A stretch of DNA of 64,000 nt, from the NCBI GenBank assembly GCA_963790305.1, contig CAWBOC010000009.1, forward strand, positions 192,001-256,000, in the 5' to 3' direction. Within the stretch, counting starts at the first letter, position 1. Each line of letters opens with the position of its first letter. The notes under the pieces were generated by a model. The model searched no databases. It was not told the DNA's origin and saw only the letters and a program-made list of their open reading frames with translations. This document shows, one piece after another, positions 58,535-64,000 of the stretch. This DNA is from an uncultured Gemmatimonadaceae bacterium (GTDB lineage: Bacteria; Gemmatimonadota; Gemmatimonadetes; Gemmatimonadales; Gemmatimonadaceae). The position numbers and the translations under genes are program-made.

Positions 58535-59692
58535 TTAGTACTTCATCCCGCCCGCCTCCGCAAACTCCTTCATCAGGCGCTCCTGCTCCTCGGAGAGGTG
58601 GGGCGGGACGGTGACATCGACCTCGACGATGAGGTCACCGCGCTGGCCGTTGCGCTCGATGCCCTGTCCACGCACGCGGAACCGCTTTCCCGGCGGCGTG
58701 CCGGGCGGGATCTTGATCGTCACCTTCTTGCCATCGAGCGTGCGCACGGCGATCCGGGAGCCGAGCGTCGCCTGAGCGATGTTGAGGGGCACCTTCGCGA
58801 CGAGGTCGTTCCCTTCCCGCTGAAAGAAGCGGTCCGGCTCGACCTGAAAGTTGATGATGAGATCACCGGGCGGTCCGCCGTTAGGCCCCTTTCCGCCCTG
58901 GCCACTCAGACGCAGGCGCGTATCCGTATCGACGCCGGGCGGGACGGTGATCATGACGGTCTTGCGAACACGCTTCTCTCCGGCACCGTTGCACTCGGGG
59001 CAGCGCTCGGTGGGCACCTGCTTGCGCCCAAGACACATCGGACACGGACGGCTGACGGCGAATCCACCCTGCCCGAATGTGACGTTGCCACGTCCGTTGC
59101 ACTCGGGGCAGGTCTTCATCGTCGCACCCGGCGCGGCGCCGGAGCCGTGGCAGACCGGGCATTCCTCGTTCACTTCGAGCTGCACCGGCACCTTGCCGCC
59201 AAGCGCGGCGACGCGGAACGGAACGGCGAGCGTTGCCTCGATCGACTGTCCGCGCTCGGGACCAGCCGGTTTGCCGCGAGTATTCGCCGCCCCTCCGCCG
59301 AACATCGAGCTGAAGAGGTCGCCGAGTCCACCGAGACCGCCGATATCCACGTCCTCGAAACGGAACCCACCGCTCGCACCGGTTCCTCCTGGCGCGCCCG
59401 GACCCCCGGGCCCGCCGGGGCGTGCGCCTCCGAACCCACCGCCGCGACGCTGGGCGAAGTCGCCGAAGGCGCCCAGACGACGCATTTCGTCGTACTGTTT
59501 GCGCTTTTCGGCGTCGCCGAGGACGTTGTACGCTTCAGAGATTTCCTTGAAACGATCGGCGGCCTTGGGATCGTCGCGGTTGGCGTCGGGGTGCCACTTT
59601 TTCGCCAGGCGACGGTATTGCTTCTTGATCTCGTCCGGCGATGCGGACGCGGAGACGCCCAGGACCGCGTAATAGTCCTTCGTCTGGGCCAT
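58535..59692 (-). CDS. dnaJ: Chaperone DnaJ
   Basis: J domain with HPD, G/F-rich region, four CxxCxGxG-type repeats, C-terminal substrate domain. Confidence 0.95.
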   Translation of the reverse strand: MAQTKDYYAVLGVSASASPDEIKKQYRRLAKKWHPDANRDDPKAADRFKEISEAYNVLGDAEKRKQYDEMRRLGAFGDFAQRRGGGFGGARPGGPGGPGAPGGTGASGGFRFEDVDIGGLGGLGDLFSSMFGGGAANTRGKPAGPERGQSIEATLAVPFRVAALGGKVPVQLEVNEECPVCHGSGAAPGATMKTCPECNGRGNVTFGQGGFAVSRPCPMCLGRKQVPTERCPECNGAGEKRVRKTVMITVPPGVDTDTRLRLSGQGGKGPNGGPPGDLIINFQVEPDRFFQREGNDLVAKVPLNIAQATLGSRIAVRTLDGKKVTIKIPPGTPPGKRFRVRGQGIERNGQRGDLIVEVDVTVPPHLSEEQERLMKEFAEAGGMKY

Positions 59693-59709
59693 GAGTGCCT
59701 AACGCCGTC

Positions 59710-60345
59710 TCATTGCGACCACTGGCGGACGACGACGCGCGCCGGTCGCAGCAGCTGGCCGCCGAACCGGTAGCCTGGCTGGAAGACCTGAGACACGACG
59801 TGGTCGTCCTCGGGCGCCAACGCCGGCTCGGTCGCGACCGCTTCGTGCACCGACGGATCGAACGTCTGGTTGACCGGATCGATCAGCTCGAGACCGGCGG
59901 CCCCGAGCGACTTGAGCAGCTTCTTCGCCACGAGATCGACGCCCTCGATCACCGAGCGTGCGTCGGTGGACGCCGGATCGACCGCGGTGACGCGCCCCAG
60001 ATCGTCGAGTGAATCGACGATGTGCTTGAGGAGCTCACCCTGCGCGCGCGCCCCGCTTTCTGCGCGCTCGCGTGTAGTCCGCTTGCGATAGTTGTCGAAC
60101 TCGGCAGCGAGGCGCAGGTACTTGTCGCGAAGCTCGGCGACCGCGCGGTCGGACTCGCCGATGACGCGCGTGTCCGCCTCGCTATCCTCGTCTTCGGCGT
60201 CGGCGCTGGACTTGGATGCGTTCGGAGCATCCGCATCGTCAGGGACCCCGTCCCCCTGAGGAGCGGCGCTCGCCGCCACCTCATCATTGCGCTGCTTTTG
60301 CTCGCGCGCCGTCTTGTCGGCGCCCGATTTCACGTCATCTCGCAC
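59710..60345 (-). CDS. grpE: Nucleotide exchange factor GrpE
   Basis: YLRLAAEFDNYRKR, FDPSVHEAV, FQPGY…LLRPARVVV. GTG at 60345 with a GAGGT RBS. Confidence 0.93.
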   Translation of the reverse strand: MRDDVKSGADKTAREQKQRNDEVAASAAPQGDGVPDDADAPNASKSSADAEDEDSEADTRVIGESDRAVAELRDKYLRLAAEFDNYRKRTTRERAESGARAQGELLKHIVDSLDDLGRVTAVDPASTDARSVIEGVDLVAKKLLKSLGAAGLELIDPVNQTFDPSVHEAVATEPALAPEDDHVVSQVFQPGYRFGGQLLRPARVVVRQWSQ

Positions 60346-60451
60346 GGTAGACCTCGTTTCGTTGCCAAGCCCGCGTCGCCGGCCCGAGCACGACGCGTAC
60401 CTCAATAACATCGCTTCCGAGACTGGGACGGGCAACTGCCGGGCCGGTCGC

Positions 60452-61705
60452 TCAAGCGTCGCCCAACATCCGCCGAACGAGGTCGAGCGCGCCCTGCGAC
60501 GCACGCTGTCGAATTTCCTCTCGGTTCCCCGGGTACACGCGTTGGCTCGCGCGCACCCGGCCGTCGACGTCAGCCGCCACCCACACGAGCCCAACCGGCT
60601 TCTCCGGCGTTCCGCCGGAGGGGCCGGCGATGCCGGTAATCCCAATGCCGATCTGCGTCCCGATTCTGCCGCGGATGCCCGTCGCCATTTGGCGTGCCGA
60701 CTGCTCACTCACCGCCCCGTGCGCGCGAATCGTCGCGGGATCTACGGCCAGCAGATTGACCTTCACCTCGTCGTCGTAGGCAATGACGCCGCCCGCAAAC
60801 ACGTCGCTCGATCCGGGCACCGCAGTGAGCCGCGCCCCGAGCATCCCCCCGGTGCAGCTCTCGGCGACCGCGATCCGAAGGTTGCGCACGCGCGCACGCT
60901 GGAGGACCACGTCGGCGAGATCGGTGTCCTCTTCGCCGTAGATGTGCTCACCGATGATCGGGCGGAGCTCCCCAATCGCAGCCTCGAGGAGCGCGGTCGC
61001 CTCTGTACTCGACATCCCTCGCGTCGTGAGGCGCAGATCGATACCGGCGATGCTCGGCAGATACGCGACGGGCAGCCCTCGCACCGCACGCGCGCGGTCG
61101 CCGAGCAGGTCGGCGAGGTGGGACTCGGATATACCCATGCACCGAATCGTTCGCGAGCGCACGACTTCGCGCACGCCACCCATGCGCGCCTCGAGCTCGG
61201 GAACGATGACGTCGAGCGTCATCCCTCGCATCTCGCGTGGAACGCCGGGGAGCATCGCGACCCAGCGCCTGCGATCGTCCTCGATCCAGATTCCGGGCGC
61301 CGAGCCGTGCCGGTTCTCGAGCACGCGCGCACCTTCGGGCACCAGCGCCTGCTGGCGGTTCGACACCGGCATTCGTCCCTTGAAGCCGTAGAGACGAAAG
61401 CGCTCCTCGATCATTGCGACGATTTCTTCGCGCATCTCGAGGCGACGACCGAACAGTGCGGCGATGGCGGGCTTCGTCAGGTCATCCGCGGTGGGACCGA
61501 GCCCGCCGGTGGTGATGACGGCGCCGGTGCGCTCGAGTGCGTCGCGAACGGCGGCGGCTATCGCGTCCGCGTCATCGCCAACGGTCGCCCGCCGCACCAC
61601 CTCGACCCCAAGCGTCGCCAGCTCCCGTGCGAGATACACCGCGTTCGTGTCGGTGGTGAACCCGAGGAGGAGCTCGTCGCCGATGGTGATGATCTCGATC
61701 TTCAC
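60452..61705 (-). CDS. cinA: Competence/damage-inducible protein A (MoCF-like plus PncC NMN deamidase domain)
   Basis: IITIGDELLLG, TTGGLGPTADDLT, GSAPG, LPGVPREM, AESCTGG, GAVS, TGIAGPSGG. Confidence 0.95.
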   Translation of the reverse strand: MKIEIITIGDELLLGFTTDTNAVYLARELATLGVEVVRRATVGDDADAIAAAVRDALERTGAVITTGGLGPTADDLTKPAIAALFGRRLEMREEIVAMIEERFRLYGFKGRMPVSNRQQALVPEGARVLENRHGSAPGIWIEDDRRRWVAMLPGVPREMRGMTLDVIVPELEARMGGVREVVRSRTIRCMGISESHLADLLGDRARAVRGLPVAYLPSIAGIDLRLTTRGMSSTEATALLEAAIGELRPIIGEHIYGEEDTDLADVVLQRARVRNLRIAVAESCTGGMLGARLTAVPGSSDVFAGGVIAYDDEVKVNLLAVDPATIRAHGAVSEQSARQMATGIRGRIGTQIGIGITGIAGPSGGTPEKPVGLVWVAADVDGRVRASQRVYPGNREEIRQRASQGALDLVRRMLGDA

Positions 61706-61711
61706 GGCGAG

Positions 61712-61803
61712 GGCGCTAAAGGCGCTAGGGGCGCTAAGGGCGCTGGAAGTGCCAAAGGCGCGTGCCGTTCAGCGCCCCTAGCGCCTCTCGCGCCTCTAGC
61801 GCT
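61712..61803. repeat. Inverted tandem 9-mer repeat hairpin (GGCGCTRRR against AGCGCCYYT)
   Basis: ggcgctaaa-ggcgctagg-ggcgctaag-ggcgctgga … agcgcccct-agcgcctct-cgcgcctct-agcgc. Confidence 0.8.
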
Positions 61804-62524
61804 CCGTCTTACGAAACACCGAGCCATACCGCCGCAGATATAGCGCCATCGACCACACCGTGAGCCCGACCGCGACGGCCATCGTCAACACACCGGCGAT
61901 TCCGTTGAACCACACGAAAATACGCCAGGCGAGGGACGTCCACTGCTCCTGCGCGGCGAGGGTCGCGGCGCCGAACCAGAAGAAGGCGATGCCCACCCAC
62001 GTCCACTGGAAGCCCGTCTTCACCTTGGCGGGGCCGATCGCGCCAATCACGACACCGCGCTTCGCGGCCGCCTGGCGAAAGACCGTCATGAACAGCTCGC
62101 GGCCGAGGACGATGGCGAGAATCCACCATGGGAGGCCGACGGGGCCCCATGGAGTCAGAAACGGGAAGGCGGCGCCGTTGCCGTCCGCGCGCAGCATGGG
62201 GCCAAGCACTCCCTCCACAGCGGGCGTTCGATGCGGCGAGATGAGGGAGGGGTCGCCGCCATTCCCCGCCAGCAGGAACATGGGGACGAAGGTCGCGAGG
62301 AGGAGCAGCTTGTCGGCAAGCGGATCGAGCAGCGTGCCGAGCCGCGTGACGAGGTTGCGGCTGCGGGCGAGCTTGCCGTCCCAGTAGTCGGTGACGGCCA
62401 CGACGATGAACAGCGCGAACGCGGCGAACCGGAGCGGCCACGACGGCGCGAACGGCAGCAGCGCCACGAGCGGCGAGATGACGATACGACCGACCGTGAG
62501 CGAGTTCGGGAGATTCAATGCCAT
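61796..62524 (-). CDS. pgsA: CDP-alcohol phosphatidyltransferase (PgsA-like)
   Basis: NLPNSLTVGR, TDYWDGKLAR…GTLLDPLADK, RE, KVKTGFQ. Confidence 0.88.
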   Translation of the reverse strand: MALNLPNSLTVGRIVISPLVALLPFAPSWPLRFAAFALFIVVAVTDYWDGKLARSRNLVTRLGTLLDPLADKLLLLATFVPMFLLAGNGGDPSLISPHRTPAVEGVLGPMLRADGNGAAFPFLTPWGPVGLPWWILAIVLGRELFMTVFRQAAAKRGVVIGAIGPAKVKTGFQWTWVGIAFFWFGAATLAAQEQWTSLAWRIFVWFNGIAGVLTMAVAVGLTVWSMALYLRRYGSVFRKTER

Positions 62525-62578
62525 TGGCGCGGAACGCGAAGGATCAGGCTCCTACGAACCTGCGCAAGCGGCGTGCGA

Positions 62579-63256
62579 CTACGCCAGCGTCTTCAGTACC
62601 AGCTTGGATACCGCCTTCAGCGTCTCGAACACGCCCTCGCCGGTCACGGCGACCGCCTCGAAGTAGGGCGCGCGCTCCACCCATTCGCCGCTCTTGATCT
62701 GCTCGACCAGGTTCTCGCCGGCGTGATATGGGTCGGGGGTCACGCGCGCGCGCTGCGGATCGGAAACCTCCCAACCGGGATTGAGGGAGGACTGCAGCTC
62801 GCTGATGTTGGCCGCGTTCGGCAGATCGCGCTTGTTGTACTGCACGATGAACGGCATCCGCGTCAGGTCGTAGCCGTATTCCTGCATGTTGTCATACAGG
62901 TTCTGCATCGATTCCTGATTCGCTTCCATGCGCTCGATCTGCGAGTCCGCCACGAACACGATGCCGTCGACGCCCTTGAGAATCAGCTTGCGGCTCGCGT
63001 TGTAGTAGACCTGACCGGGCACCGTGTAGAGGTGAAAGCGCGTCTTGAAGCCCCGAATCGTGCCGAGGTCGACGGGGAGGAAATCGAAGAAGAGCGTGCG
63101 CTCGGTCTCTGTCGCCAGGGAGATCAGCTTCCCGCGCGTCGACGGATTCACCTTGCCATACACGTGCTCGAGGTTGGTGGTCTTCCCACCGAGCCCCGGG
63201 CCGTAATAAACGATTTTGCAGTTGATCTCGCGCGAGGCGTAATTGATCATCGACAT
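62579..63256 (-). CDS. mglA: MglA small Ras-like GTPase (polarity/gliding motility family)
   Basis: [56 protein letters not shown]. Confidence 0.95.
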   Translation of the reverse strand: MSMINYASREINCKIVYYGPGLGGKTTNLEHVYGKVNPSTRGKLISLATETERTLFFDFLPVDLGTIRGFKTRFHLYTVPGQVYYNASRKLILKGVDGIVFVADSQIERMEANQESMQNLYDNMQEYGYDLTRMPFIVQYNKRDLPNAANISELQSSLNPGWEVSDPQRARVTPDPYHAGENLVEQIKSGEWVERAPYFEAVAVTGEGVFETLKAVSKLVLKTLA

Positions 63257-63271
63257 GGCCGTTCCCTCTCC

Positions 63272-63763
63272 TTACTGGAACAGCTTGTCGATCTCATCCT
63301 CGGCGCCCGCCAGGATGTTCTTCTCGGACTTCTGCTCGCCGGATTGCGCGCGCTGGAACATCTGGGCGAAGAGCTTCGTCAGCTCCTCGACCGTCTGCTT
63401 CACCTTGAGCCTCACGAGTCCCAACGTCGTGCGATTGTCGAACAGGATCACGAGGATCACGCGGCGGGCAATGTCCGCGAGATACATCGACTCCTGCTCG
63501 CCCTGGTGAAAGAGCGAGTTGAACTCGGTCTCGCCAATGAGGCGGGCGAGCTGATCGTTGGCGCTGAAGTCGGCAGCGGTGAGCGTCGCGAAGGCCGTGG
63601 GGTCGAACCGCGGCTGCTCCCCCACCGTGGCGACCAGCTGGCCGGAGCGATCGACGAGCAACGCGCAGCGCGCGTTGCTGTCATTGAGGAACTTCTGGAG
63701 CGACTTCTGAATCGCGCCGAAATCGTCCTCCGTGAACGACCAGCTTGCTGCACCAACGGGCAT
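63272..63763 (-). CDS. mglB: MglB roadblock/LC7 GTPase-activating protein
   Basis: LLVDRSGQL, LARLIGETEF.SLFHQGE, FDNRTTLGLVRL, EIDKLF; directly upstream of mglA. Confidence 0.92.
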   Translation of the reverse strand: MPVGAASWSFTEDDFGAIQKSLQKFLNDSNARCALLVDRSGQLVATVGEQPRFDPTAFATLTAADFSANDQLARLIGETEFNSLFHQGEQESMYLADIARRVILVILFDNRTTLGLVRLKVKQTVEELTKLFAQMFQRAQSGEQKSEKNILAGAEDEIDKLFQ

Positions 63764-63774
63764 TGTGTCTCAGC

Positions 63775-64000
63775 CTAGGCGAGGGACTCTTCCATTCGGC
63801 GCAGGATGCGCAAGCCGCGCCGTTTCAGCTTGGCGTGCTTCTCCCAATTCACGTAGTCACGCAGGAGGAGGACGTTCTCCGTTGTGTGGTGTCCGCGGAG
63901 ATAGCCCAGGGCGGCGAGCCGGCGCAGCTTGCGATTGCTGAACAGATCGCGCCGGTACCTGCGTGTCTGCTGACTCCAGACGATTAAGCCCACCAGGAGG
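63775..64000 (-). CDS. Small hypothetical protein, 5' end probably outside window
   Basis: The frame stays open to the window edge; RRDLFS…RRLAALGYL…LLRDY; co-oriented just upstream of mglB. Confidence 0.65.
   Translation of the reverse strand, partial: LLVGLIVWSQQTRRYRRDLFSNRKLRRLAALGYLRGHHTTENVLLLRDYVNWEKHAKLKRRGLRILRRMEESLA

Noticed and set aside
60346..60451. CIRCE element / hrcA-dnaK heat-shock operon
   Set aside because: No TTAGCACTC-N9-GAGTGCTAA upstream of grpE, and neither hrcA nor dnaK is in the window.

Overview
A GC-rich (roughly 68-70% by eye), gene-dense bacterial chromosomal segment. Gene content and order (mglB-mglA-pgsA-cinA-grpE-dnaJ, a short RpoD-type sigma, bshB1, TonB receptors, many Ig-like/lipoproteins) suggest Gemmatimonadota; this is an inference, not a search result. 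About 60 CDSs are mostly housekeeping or envelope genes: hydantoinase/oxoprolinase, lnt, hemL, rimO, yajQ, lepB, an NtrC-type regulator, thpR, larE, ogt, a ComM-like ATPase, a TolC/MacA/MacB-type exporter with four permeases, kynA-kynB, iscS-mnmA. Several genes carry single-base frameshifts that look like long-read indel errors. No transposase, integrase, phage gene, rRNA, canonical tRNA or CRISPR array was seen. The most unusual non-coding signals are: (1) a 110-nt tRNA-like RNA at 55234-55343 (- strand) with an acceptor-like stem, a D-like arm and TWO T-arms but no anticodon loop, directly behind a TANNNT box; (2) seven intergenic hairpins, most built from 7- or 9-nt tandem units in inverted orientation, which look like an undescribed repeat or mini-element family. 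Also notable: a pnuC-NadR-like kinase-TonB receptor-NUDIX vitamin uptake/salvage cluster, an AAC(6')-I-like acetyltransferase, several probable leaderless genes, an in-frame TGA in lepB and a lineage-type insertion in MglA.
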